From the NCBI GenBank assembly GCA_036510675.1, contig DATCDN010000138.1:109199-173198 (forward strand): a stretch of DNA of 64,000 bases. The letters are read 5' to 3'. Numbering within the stretch: position 1 is the first letter of the stretch; each line of letters starts with the position of its first letter. The DNA comes from Stellaceae bacterium (GTDB taxonomy: Bacteria; Pseudomonadota; Alphaproteobacteria; ATCC43930; CGMCC-115725). This document shows, one piece after another, positions 46,751 to 56,067 of the stretch. The translations under genes were made by a program, and so were the position numbers. Under the pieces are notes generated by a model. That model was given only the letters and a program-made list of their open reading frames with translations, was not told the DNA's origin and did no database searches.

Positions 46751-48361
46751 ATGGCCCAAATCACTTTGCCGCAAGGCGTGGAACTCAAGGGGCCGATGAA
46801 ACCCGGCTTCGAGCGTGTCGTCACCCCCGAGGCAATCGCTTTCATCGTCGAGCTGGAGCGCACATTCGGCGCGGAACGCAAGCGCCTCTTGGCGCGGCGG
46901 CAGGAGGTTCAGGCCAAGCTCGATGCCGGCTGGAAGCCCGATTTCCTGGCGGAGACCAAGGCGATCCGCGATGCCGACTGGACCGTGGCGCCGCTGCCCA
47001 AGGATCTGCTCGACCGCCGCGTCGAGATCACCGGCCCGACCGACCGCAAGATGGTGATCAACGCGCTCAACTCCGGCTCGTCCGTGTTCATGGCGGATTT
47101 CGAGGATGCCAACACGCCGAGCTGGACCAATCTGATCGAGGGCCAGCTCAATTTGATGGATGCGGTGCGGCGCGACATCTCGTTCGATGATCCATCGAAC
47201 AAGAAACACTATCAGCTCAACCCGCGCACCGCCGTCCTGCTGGTGCGGCCGCGCGGCTGGCATTTGCCGGAGGCGCATGTCATCGTCGACGGCCAGCCGA
47301 TGTCGGGCAGCCTCTTTGATTTCGGCCTCTATTTCTTCCACAATGTGAAGGAATTGATGGCGCGCAACACCGGCCCCTATTTCTATCTGCCCAAGATGGA
47401 ATCGCATCTCGAGGCGCGGCTGTGGAACGAGGTGTTCGTCCACGCCCAGGCCAGGCTCGGCGTGCCCAAGGGCACCATCAAGGCGACCGTGCTGATCGAG
47501 ACCATTCTCGCCGCGTTCGAGATGGACGAGATTCTCTATGAGCTGCGCGATCATTCCGCCGGCCTCAATTGCGGGCGCTGGGACTATATCTTCAGCACCA
47601 TCAAGAAATTCGCCGAGGACCCGGCACGTGTGATGCCGGATCGCGGCCAGGTCACGATGACCGCGCACTTCATGCGCTCCTACAGCCAGCACCTGATCAA
47701 GATCTGTCACCGCCGCAATGTGCATGCGATGGGCGGCATGGCGGCGCAAATCCCAATCCGCAACGATCCCGCCGCCAACGAGGCGGCGATGGAGAAGGTG
47801 CGCGCCGACAAACTGCGCGAGGCCGGCGACGGGCATGACGGCACCTGGGTCGCGCATCCGGGCCTGGTGCCGATCGCCAAGGAAATTTTCGACAAGCAGA
47901 TGCCGGAGGCGAACCAGATCGCGCGCAAGCGCCAGGATGTCCACGTCACCGCCGACGATCTGCTGCGCGTGCCGGAGGGCACCATCACCGAGGCCGGGCT
48001 GCGCCAGAATCTCAATGTCGGCATCGGCTATCTCGAGGCGTGGCTGCGCGGCATCGGCTGCGTGCCGCTTTATAATCTGATGGAGGACGCCGCCACGTCG
48101 GAGATCAGCCGCGCCCAGGTCTGGCAATGGATTCGCCACCAGGCGAAAATGACCGACGGGCGCACCGTCGATCTGGCGACGTGCAAGACGATCATCGACG
48201 AGGAATTGGCGAAGCTCAAGGCGCTGGCGGGCGACGAGGCGTTCGACAAGGGGCGCTATGGCGATGCCGCCAAGATGTTCACCGATTTGCTGGCGGCGCC
48301 GAAATTCCCCGACTTCCTCACTTTGCCCGCTTATGAGGAGATCGTGGCGGAAGGCGCGTGA
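46751..48361 (+). CDS. aceB: malate synthase A
   Basis: 536 aa from the ATG at 46751, with the SD GGAGG at 46741. It has VEITGPTDRKMVINALNSG, FMADFEDANTPSW, YFYLPKMESHLEARLWN and GLNCGRWDYIFS. Confidence 0.92.
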   Translation: MAQITLPQGVELKGPMKPGFERVVTPEAIAFIVELERTFGAERKRLLARRQEVQAKLDAGWKPDFLAETKAIRDADWTVAPLPKDLLDRRVEITGPTDRKMVINALNSGSSVFMADFEDANTPSWTNLIEGQLNLMDAVRRDISFDDPSNKKHYQLNPRTAVLLVRPRGWHLPEAHVIVDGQPMSGSLFDFGLYFFHNVKELMARNTGPYFYLPKMESHLEARLWNEVFVHAQARLGVPKGTIKATVLIETILAAFEMDEILYELRDHSAGLNCGRWDYIFSTIKKFAEDPARVMPDRGQVTMTAHFMRSYSQHLIKICHRRNVHAMGGMAAQIPIRNDPAANEAAMEKVRADKLREAGDGHDGTWVAHPGLVPIAKEIFDKQMPEANQIARKRQDVHVTADDLLRVPEGTITEAGLRQNLNVGIGYLEAWLRGIGCVPLYNLMEDAATSEISRAQVWQWIRHQAKMTDGRTVDLATCKTIIDEELAKLKALAGDEAFDKGRYGDAAKMFTDLLAAPKFPDFLTLPAYEEIVAEGA

Positions 48362-48365
48362 CCCT

Positions 48366-50696
48366 TTAGAGCCGCGCCGCGCGTAGCCGCAGCGCGTTGC
48401 CGACCACCGTCACCGACGAGAGGCTCATCGCGGCGCTGGCGATCATCGGGTTGAGCAGCAGGCCGGTCCACGGATAGAGCATTCCGGCGGCGATCGGCAC
48501 CGCCGCCGCGTTGAAGATAAAGGCGAAGAACAGGTTCTGCCGGATATTGGCCATGGTCGCGCGCGACAGATTCCGCGCCCGCATCAGGCCGGCGAGATCG
48601 CCCTTCACCAACGTAATCCCGGCGCTCGCCATCGCGATGTCGGTGCCGGTGCCCATGGCGATGCCGATCTGGGCCTGCGCCAGCGCCGGCGCGTCGTTGA
48701 TGCCGTCGCCCGCCATGGCGACGATGCGGCCCTCGGCCTGTAGCTGCTTCACCGCCGCCGCCTTGTGATCGGGCAGCACCTCCGCGATCACCTCGACGAT
48801 GCCGAGCCGTCGCGCCACCGCATCGGCGGTGGCGCGGCTGTCGCCGGTCAGCATCACGATGCGGATACCCTCCCGACGCAGCCTGGCGATCGCGCCGCGG
48901 GCGCTGTCCTTGATCGGATCGGCGACCGCGATCATGCCCGCCGCCCGGCCATCGACCGCCACCAGCACCACCGTCTCGCCCTCGCGGCGCCGCGCCTCGG
49001 CGCGGGCCGGCAGATCGCCCGGCGCGATGCCTAGCGCCGCCAGCAGCGCTTCATTGCCGATCCCGACGGCGCGGCCCTCGACGGTGCCGGTGATGCCGGT
49101 CCCGGCATGGGACTGAAAATCGCGCGCGCCCGGCAGGGCGATGCCGCGATCCGACGCCGCGCCAAGGATCGCCGCCGCCAGCGGATGCTCGCTGCCCTGC
49201 TCCAGGCTGGCGGCGAGGCGCAGTAAATCGTTTTCGCCGATGCCGCCAAGGCCCACCACCGCCTCGATGCCGGCGAGACGCGGCCTGCCTTCGGTCAGCG
49301 TGCCGGTCTTGTCGATCACCAGCGTATCGATCGTCTCCATCCGCTCCAGCGCCTCGGCGCTTTTCACCAGGACGCCCATGCCGGCGCCGCGCCCGATGCC
49401 GACCATGATCGACATCGGCGTCGCGAGGCCCAGCGCGCAGGGACACGCGATGATCAGCACCGCGACGGCGTTCAACAGCGCATAGGCGATTTTCGGCTCC
49501 GGTCCCCAGACGCCCCAGGCAATCGCCGACGCGATCGCAATGGCCATCACCGCCGGCACGAACCACGACGCGACCCGGTCCGCCAAACCCTGGATCGGGG
49601 CGCGCGTGCGCTGCGCCTCGCCGACCATGGCGACAATGCGCGCCAGCACCGTCGCGGCGCCGACCCGCTCGGCGCGCATGATCAGGCTGCCGCTGGTGTT
49701 TTGCGTCGCGCCTGTCACCGGATCGCCCGGACCTTTTTCTACCGGCATCGGCTCGCCGGTAATCATCGATTCATCGATGGCGCCGCGCCCGTCGAGCACC
49801 ACGCCATCGACCGGCACCTGCTCGCCGGGGCGGATGCGCAGCCGGTCGCCGACCGCGACCTGATTGAGCGGAATATCCTCCTCGCGCCCGTCGCCGCGCA
49901 GGATGCGTGCCTGTTTCGGCGCCAGATTCAGTAGGGCGCGGATCGCGCCATTGGTCTGGGCGCGCGCGCGCAGCTCCAGCACTTGGCCCAGCAGCACCAG
50001 GGTGACGATGACGGCACTGGCCTCGAAATAAACCGCGATGCCGCCATGCATCATCCTCGCATGAGCCGGGAATAGACCCGGCATCACCGCCGCCACCACG
50101 CTGTAGCCATAGGCGACGCCGGTGCCGAGCGCGATCAGCGTGAACATGTTGAGGCTGCGATTCACCACCGACTGCCAGCCGCGTACGAAGAACGGCGCGC
50201 CCGCCCACAGCACCACCGGACTGGCCAGCGCGAATTGCAGCCAGACGAAGCCCGCCGGCGTCAGCGCGCGCGACACCGGCGCGCCGAAAAGATCGTCGGC
50301 CATCGCCAGCAGGAACAGCGGCAGCGCCAGCGCCAGCGCGATCCAGAAGCGGCGGCTCATATCGATCAGCGCCGGGTTGGGCGCGTCCGCCGCCGTCACC
50401 GAAGCAGGCTCCAGCTCCATGCCGCATTTGGGACAGGCGCCCGGCCCGTCGCGCACAATCTCGGGATGCATCGGGCAGGTCCACGGCACGCCCGGCGCCG
50501 CGCCAGGCGGCGCCGGGCGTGCCGGCGGCGGGTTTAGATATTTCTCCGGTTCGGCGATGAATTTGTCGCGGCACCGCGCGCCGCAAAAATAATGCGTCGT
50601 GCCGCGATAGTCATGCCGGTACTTGGCGGTCGCGGAATCGACGCTCATCCCGCACACCGGATCGCGGGCCGCATGGTCGGAATCGGGTTCGGTCAT
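48366..50696 (-). CDS. copA: Cu(I)-type heavy-metal P-type ATPase with N-terminal TRASH/YHS and CPMHPE..CPKCGM modules
   Basis: 776 aa from the ATG at 50696. It has [15 protein letters not shown] (TRASH/YHS), [17 protein letters not shown], the TM motif [17 protein letters not shown] and GDGINDAP. Confidence 0.88.
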   Translation of the reverse strand: MTEPDSDHAARDPVCGMSVDSATAKYRHDYRGTTHYFCGARCRDKFIAEPEKYLNPPPARPAPPGAAPGVPWTCPMHPEIVRDGPGACPKCGMELEPASVTAADAPNPALIDMSRRFWIALALALPLFLLAMADDLFGAPVSRALTPAGFVWLQFALASPVVLWAGAPFFVRGWQSVVNRSLNMFTLIALGTGVAYGYSVVAAVMPGLFPAHARMMHGGIAVYFEASAVIVTLVLLGQVLELRARAQTNGAIRALLNLAPKQARILRGDGREEDIPLNQVAVGDRLRIRPGEQVPVDGVVLDGRGAIDESMITGEPMPVEKGPGDPVTGATQNTSGSLIMRAERVGAATVLARIVAMVGEAQRTRAPIQGLADRVASWFVPAVMAIAIASAIAWGVWGPEPKIAYALLNAVAVLIIACPCALGLATPMSIMVGIGRGAGMGVLVKSAEALERMETIDTLVIDKTGTLTEGRPRLAGIEAVVGLGGIGENDLLRLAASLEQGSEHPLAAAILGAASDRGIALPGARDFQSHAGTGITGTVEGRAVGIGNEALLAALGIAPGDLPARAEARRREGETVVLVAVDGRAAGMIAVADPIKDSARGAIARLRREGIRIVMLTGDSRATADAVARRLGIVEVIAEVLPDHKAAAVKQLQAEGRIVAMAGDGINDAPALAQAQIGIAMGTGTDIAMASAGITLVKGDLAGLMRARNLSRATMANIRQNLFFAFIFNAAAVPIAAGMLYPWTGLLLNPMIASAAMSLSSVTVVGNALRLRAARL

Positions 50697-50737
50697 GGCA
50701 CGGCGTGGGTCATGGCATGACGTTATATAGTAACGAT

Positions 50738-51724
50738 TCAGCTTGGGTCGAACGCCGTTGTCTCGCGCGATTGCCAGCCATTCTCGGCGTTGCGCAGCCA
50801 GCTTCCCGAAATCGGCGCGTCGATCGCCGCCCAGGGAATGAAGGGCGTGCGCTTGCCGATCGCCCACACTTCGACGCGCAGGCTGGACCGCGCGCTAGGG
50901 CCGCGCGCGTGAAATCCGAATGTGTCGGCCACCACCAGCGTATTCGCCGGCACGCCCAGCACGCGCGGCGGCGGCAGGCCGAGGCGCGCCAGTTCCGCCA
51001 CCGCGACACGGAAGGAGCCTTCCCGCGTCTCGCCGTCGGTCGAATGCGCGGCCTCGAGGCTGCGCGCGCGCTCCCAGGCCAGCCGTCGCGGCGTCAGGAT
51101 GTGGGAGCCGGGAACATAGGAGAATGCCCCCTCATCCTCGGGCACGTCGGTCAGGAACAGCCACGCCTTCACCGTGGGGTGGAACGTGTCGGCATGGACC
51201 AGGGTCTGCGGATCGGGATCGCCGGCGCGGACATGACGCAGCACGCTTTGGAGATAGACCGAAGGCGCCGCCGCGCGCCCGCCGACATAGGCGATGAGAT
51301 GGCGCCATTCGGCGTTCGCCAACAGCGCGCGCAGGGCCGGCAGCGCCGCCAGCACCGCCGGGGTCGCGGTGATCTTGCGCAGCTTGGTATCGCCCTCGAA
51401 CTTTTCGCGCACGGTGCAGCGATAGGCGGCAACCTCGCCGCGCAGCGCCGCGAAGTCGGCCGCCGGCAGGAAATCGCGCCGCACGATATAGCCGTCGCGG
51501 GCGAAATCGGCCCGCGCCTCGGCGCTGACCAGCGGCGCGAGGCGCCGGCGGCGCGCGGCGGTGATCCGGTGCGCCACCGTCACCCGCGCTTCGTGCAGCC
51601 CCCAGCCATTCAGGGTGGGGCTGCCGATCAGCAGATTGTCCTCGAACGATTTGGCGCTGGTGAATAGCTGCGGCAGCGCCAGCGGCGTGGTCACGACCCG
51701 GCGAAACAGCGCATCGCTAATCAT
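50738..51724 (-). CDS. phytanoyl-CoA dioxygenase (PhyH) family Fe(II)/2-oxoglutarate oxygenase-like protein
   Basis: 328 aa. [32 protein letters not shown] gives an HxD..H-type facial triad pattern. Confidence 0.55.
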   Translation of the reverse strand: MISDALFRRVVTTPLALPQLFTSAKSFEDNLLIGSPTLNGWGLHEARVTVAHRITAARRRRLAPLVSAEARADFARDGYIVRRDFLPAADFAALRGEVAAYRCTVREKFEGDTKLRKITATPAVLAALPALRALLANAEWRHLIAYVGGRAAAPSVYLQSVLRHVRAGDPDPQTLVHADTFHPTVKAWLFLTDVPEDEGAFSYVPGSHILTPRRLAWERARSLEAAHSTDGETREGSFRVAVAELARLGLPPPRVLGVPANTLVVADTFGFHARGPSARSSLRVEVWAIGKRTPFIPWAAIDAPISGSWLRNAENGWQSRETTAFDPS

Positions 51725-51821
51725 GATTGTATATAGCGGATTTCCGCCATTTTTTTGCCTTCGCGCCGGCCGTTTGCATTAGCATGGGGCACGCGCCGCG
51801 TCGGCAATCGGAGAGAGAGAC

Positions 51822-54143
51822 ATGGCAGGTTTCGGCATTGGGCAACCTATCCGCCGGGTCGAGGATAAACGGTTCCTCACCGGGCATGGCACCTATATTG
51901 AAGACATAACCCTGCCCCGCCAAGCCTATGCGGTTCAAGTCCTGTCGCCGCACGCCCATGCCCGGATCGTAAGTATCGACAAAAGCCCAGCCGAAGCCGC
52001 GCCCGGCGTGCTGTGCGTGCTGACCGGCACCGATGCCGCGGCCGAGGGCGTCGGGCCGATGTTCCCGCTGATGCCCGAGGATATGGGTGGGCCCAAGGGC
52101 TTCCGCGCGCCGCGCTTTCTGCTGGCGACCGGCAAGGTGCGCTATGTCGGCGAGCGCGTGGCATTCGTCGTCGCCGAGACGCTGGCCCAGGCGCAGGACG
52201 CCGCCGAACTGGTCGCGGTCGAGTACGCGTCTCTGCCCGCGGTGATCGATGCCGAGGCCGCGCTGAAGGACGGCGCGCCCAAGATTTGGGACGAATGCCC
52301 GACCGGCAACATCATCTTCTCGCTGGCGATGGGCAATAAAGAGGCGACCGACGCCGCCTTCGCCGCCGCCGCCCACCGGGTCACCCTGCGCATGATCAAC
52401 AACCGCGTCTCCGCCAATTCAATGGAGACGCGCGGCTACATGGGCGATTACAACGCGGGCGACGATTTCTATACGCTTTACACCACGACCCAGAACCCGC
52501 ATGGCGCGCGCGCCACCATCGCCGGCCAGATATTCCATGTGCCGGAAAGCCAGGTCCGCGTCATCGCCAAGGATGTCGGCGGCGGCTTCGGCATGAAAGG
52601 CGACGTTTACCCCGAAGAGGCGCTGGTACTGTGGGCGTCAAAGAAGATCGGCCGGCCGGTGAAATGGATTTCGTCGCGCAGCGAGGGGCTGCTGAACGAC
52701 ACCCATGGCCGCGACCAGATCGTCACCGGCGAAATGGCGCTGGACAAGGACGGCAAGATTCTGGGCGTGCGCGCGCACAGCATCACGCCGCTGGGCGGCA
52801 ATGTCTCCGGCGCCGGGGTCATTCCGGCGATGTCGGCGCTGTCGATGATCCCGCAAGTCTATACCGTGCCGGCGCTCTATCTCACCGGCCATGCCGTCTT
52901 CAACAACACCGCGCCGATGGGTCCCTATCGCGGCGCCGGCCGGCCGGAGGCGACCTATTTCACCGAACGGCTGATCGAGCACGCGGCGCGGGCAATGGGC
53001 ATGGATCCCGTCGAAATCCGGCGGCGCAATTTCATCGCCTCATCCGCGATGCCGCACACCACCCAGACCGGCGTCACCTATGACAGCGGCGATTTCGCCG
53101 CTACCATGGCGAAATGCATCGAGATGGCCGATTGGGACGGCTATGGCGCGCGCAAAGCCGCCAGCACCGCGAACGGCAAGATGCGCGGCCGGGGCCTGAT
53201 CTATTATCTTGAGACGTGCGGCATCTTCAACGACCGCATGGAGCTGCGGTTCGATCCCAGCGGCTCGGTCACCATCGTCGCCGGCACCTTCAGCCATGGT
53301 CAAAGCCACGCCACCACCTTCGCGCAGATGGTGTCGGAATGGCTGGGCGTGCCATTCGAGAGCATCCGGTTCATTCAGGGCGATACCAACCAGGTCTCGT
53401 TCGGTCGCGGCACCTATGGCTCGCGCACTTCGTCAGTGGGCGGCGGCGCGCTGAAGGTCGCGGCGGCGAACCTCGTCGAAAAGGCCAAGAGCCTCGCCAG
53501 CCACCTGATGGAGGCGGCGCCGGCGGATATTCAGTTCGAAAACGGCCGCTTCACCATCGTCGGCACCGATAAATCGATGGCGCTGGTCGATGTCGCCAAG
53601 GCGGCCTATGCACCGATGTTCCTGCCGCCGGATTTCGGCGTCGGGCTGGAGGCCAGCGGCACCGCCGACGGCGTGCCGAACTTCCCCAATGGCTGCCACA
53701 TCTGCGAATTGGAGATCGATCCCGAAACCGGCATGGTGCGGATCGACCGCTATACCGTCGTCGACGATGTCGGCATGGTGATCAATCCGCTGATCGTCGA
53801 GGGGCAGATCGTCGGCGGACTGGCCCAGGGCTTCGGCCAGGCGCTCCAGGAAATCGTGCGCTATGACCCGGAATCGGGCCAGTTGCTGACCGGCAGCTTC
53901 ACCGACTACACCATGCCGCGCGCGGAGGACATGCCGGAGTTCGAGTGCGGCTTTAACAACGTGCCGTGCAAGACCAACGCGCTCGGCATCAAGGGCGCCG
54001 GCGAGGCCGGCTCGGTCGGCGCGCCGCCGGCGGTGATCAACGCCATCATCGACGCGCTGGCGCCGCTGGGCGTCAAGACCATCGACATGCCGGCGACACC
54101 GCTTAATGTATGGAGCACGATCAACGCCGCCAAGGCGGCCTGA
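51822..54143 (+). CDS. xanthine dehydrogenase family molybdopterin-binding large subunit (CoxL-like, AYRGAGR-type)
   Basis: 773 aa. The N-terminus is GIGQPIRRVEDKRFLTGHGTYIEDI, and the active-site loop reads GPYRGAGRPEATYFTERL. The C-terminus has KGAGEAGSVGAPPAVINAI. Confidence 0.85.
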   Translation: MAGFGIGQPIRRVEDKRFLTGHGTYIEDITLPRQAYAVQVLSPHAHARIVSIDKSPAEAAPGVLCVLTGTDAAAEGVGPMFPLMPEDMGGPKGFRAPRFLLATGKVRYVGERVAFVVAETLAQAQDAAELVAVEYASLPAVIDAEAALKDGAPKIWDECPTGNIIFSLAMGNKEATDAAFAAAAHRVTLRMINNRVSANSMETRGYMGDYNAGDDFYTLYTTTQNPHGARATIAGQIFHVPESQVRVIAKDVGGGFGMKGDVYPEEALVLWASKKIGRPVKWISSRSEGLLNDTHGRDQIVTGEMALDKDGKILGVRAHSITPLGGNVSGAGVIPAMSALSMIPQVYTVPALYLTGHAVFNNTAPMGPYRGAGRPEATYFTERLIEHAARAMGMDPVEIRRRNFIASSAMPHTTQTGVTYDSGDFAATMAKCIEMADWDGYGARKAASTANGKMRGRGLIYYLETCGIFNDRMELRFDPSGSVTIVAGTFSHGQSHATTFAQMVSEWLGVPFESIRFIQGDTNQVSFGRGTYGSRTSSVGGGALKVAAANLVEKAKSLASHLMEAAPADIQFENGRFTIVGTDKSMALVDVAKAAYAPMFLPPDFGVGLEASGTADGVPNFPNGCHICELEIDPETGMVRIDRYTVVDDVGMVINPLIVEGQIVGGLAQGFGQALQEIVRYDPESGQLLTGSFTDYTMPRAEDMPEFECGFNNVPCKTNALGIKGAGEAGSVGAPPAVINAIIDALAPLGVKTIDMPATPLNVWSTINAAKAA

Positions 54144-54168
54144 AGGACCATTACCAGGGGGGAACAGC

Positions 54169-54522
54169 ATGCGCCTTGCATTATCCATCGTCGCCGCTTT
54201 GGTGTTGAGCTACGGCGTCGCGCTGGCCGATCCGGTCGGAAATTATCGCGTCGCCGGCACCAATCCCGGCGGCGACGGCAAATATTCCGGCGAGGTCGCC
54301 ATCTCCAAGACCGGCGATACCTTCAAGGTCGTCTGGGATATCGAGGGTGACAAATATGTCGGCACCGGCATCGGGTCGAAGGACTTCATCGCCGTCTCCT
54401 ACAAATCGGGCGACCATACCGGCCTCGCGCTCTATGCCGAGCAGCCCGACGGCTCCTGGTCCGGGTTCTGGACCTATGCCGGCGGCAAGAAAATCGGCAC
54501 CGAGCGCTGGATCAAGGAATGA
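54169..54522 (+). CDS. hypothetical secreted protein
   Basis: 117 aa from the ATG at 54169. The signal peptide is MRLALSIVAALVLSYGVALA. I recognise no family. Confidence 0.5.
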   Translation: MRLALSIVAALVLSYGVALADPVGNYRVAGTNPGGDGKYSGEVAISKTGDTFKVVWDIEGDKYVGTGIGSKDFIAVSYKSGDHTGLALYAEQPDGSWSGFWTYAGGKKIGTERWIKE

Positions 54523-54737
54523 TACCAGCGTGATACCAGCGTGATACTGGCTTGGTAACGCAATGACGGCCCCATAGGGGCCAGAAAGCTATAGCATTTC
54601 AGCCCGAACCGCAGGATCATTCCGGCGTACGATGTGTTCCTCTAATTCCACTCCGGCAATCTTTCCCATCGCCATCCCCGCAAAAACCAGGACCTGCAAT
54701 TCTTGCTGCTGATCGTCAGAACGGCATTGCTCGGGCG

Positions 54738-55955
54738 ATGATGTACGCGCTCTATCAAGCCCAAAGCGACATGACCGAGCCGTTTCGCGCAATGGCGCGT
54801 TTCGCGGTGGATCAGCTCGCTTATTTCCAGGGCAAGGGGTTCGACGATGCCCTGACCCGGCGCCTGTCGGCGACCTATGAGATCATGGGCCGCACCGCCC
54901 TGACCCATCGCCGGCCCGACTATGGCATTGCCACGACCCGCGTCGGCGAGCGCGACATCGCGGTCCACGAGGAAGCGGTGGACACGACGCCATTCTGCAC
55001 GCTCCTGCATTTCCGCAAGGCGGCCGCGCCCGCGCAATCGCCGGTGCTGCTGGTGGCGCCGCTGTCGGGTCATTTCGCGACGCTGCTGCGCGACACCGTG
55101 CGCACCATGCTGCCGGAGCACGATGTCTACATCACCGACTGGCACAATGCGCGCGACGTTTCGTTGAGCCATGGCCGCTTCGGCCTCGACGAATATATCG
55201 AGCATCTGATGCGGTTCTTGGGAAAGCTGGGGCCCGGCGCGCATCTGGTGGCGGTCTGCCAGCCGGTGGTGCCGGCACTCGCCGCGGCGGCGCTGTTGGC
55301 ACAGGACAATAGTCCCGTGCAGCCGCGCAGCCTGACGCTGATGGCGGGGCCGATCGATACCCGCGTCAATCCGACCGAGGTCGATGCGTTCGCCACGTCG
55401 CATCCGCTGCCTTGGTTCGAGCAGACGCTGATCGGCAGCGTGCCGCTCCGCTTCGCCGGTGCGTTCCGCCGGGTCTATCCCGGCTTTCTGCAGCTGGCCA
55501 GCTTCCTCGGCATGAATCCCGAGCGGCATATCAAAAGCTTTCACGATCTCTACCAGCACATTGTCCAAGGCGAAGCCGAAGAGGCCGACACCATCCGCGC
55601 CTTCTATGAGGAATATTTCGCGGTGATGGACCTGCCTGCCGAGTTCTATCTGGAAACGGTGTCCAAGATTTTCCAGGACCATGAATTACCACTCGGCAAG
55701 CTGACCTATCGCGGCGCCCAGATCGAGCCGAGCGCGATCACCCGCACCGCGCTGTTCACCATCGAGGGCGAGCGCGACGATATCTGTTCGGCCGGCCAGA
55801 CCCTGGCGGCACACGATCTGTGCACCGGCATACCGGCCGCCATGAAGCGTCATCACCTCCAGACCGGCGTCGGACATTACGGCGTCTTCGCCGGCCGGAA
55901 ATGGCAGACTCAAATCTACCCTCAGCTGCGCGACTTCATCCACGCCAGCGAATAG
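54738..55955 (+). CDS. phaZ: intracellular polyhydroxyalkanoate (PHB) depolymerase
   Basis: 405 aa. MMYALYQAQSDMTEPFRAMA.., PLSGHFATLLRDTV and ITDWHNARDV are typical of the TIGR01849-type PhaZ. Confidence 0.85.
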   Translation: MMYALYQAQSDMTEPFRAMARFAVDQLAYFQGKGFDDALTRRLSATYEIMGRTALTHRRPDYGIATTRVGERDIAVHEEAVDTTPFCTLLHFRKAAAPAQSPVLLVAPLSGHFATLLRDTVRTMLPEHDVYITDWHNARDVSLSHGRFGLDEYIEHLMRFLGKLGPGAHLVAVCQPVVPALAAAALLAQDNSPVQPRSLTLMAGPIDTRVNPTEVDAFATSHPLPWFEQTLIGSVPLRFAGAFRRVYPGFLQLASFLGMNPERHIKSFHDLYQHIVQGEAEEADTIRAFYEEYFAVMDLPAEFYLETVSKIFQDHELPLGKLTYRGAQIEPSAITRTALFTIEGERDDICSAGQTLAAHDLCTGIPAAMKRHHLQTGVGHYGVFAGRKWQTQIYPQLRDFIHASE

Positions 55956-56067
55956 CCGCCCCTGCGCGCGAGGAAGGCGAGGGTCGTCGAGGAAACAAGA
56001 CTGGGCGCGCCGATTTGGGCTAAAACATTCCCCAGATAGAGCAATCCACAGAGTTGGCATGTGAACG

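Noticed and set aside
48366-50696. The TRASH/YHS plus CPMHPE N-terminus of the P-type ATPase as a novel metal-sensing architecture.
   Set aside because: As far as I recall, this N-terminal arrangement recurs in proteobacterial Cu-ATPases. Nothing in the sequence departs from the standard [16 protein letters not shown] core.
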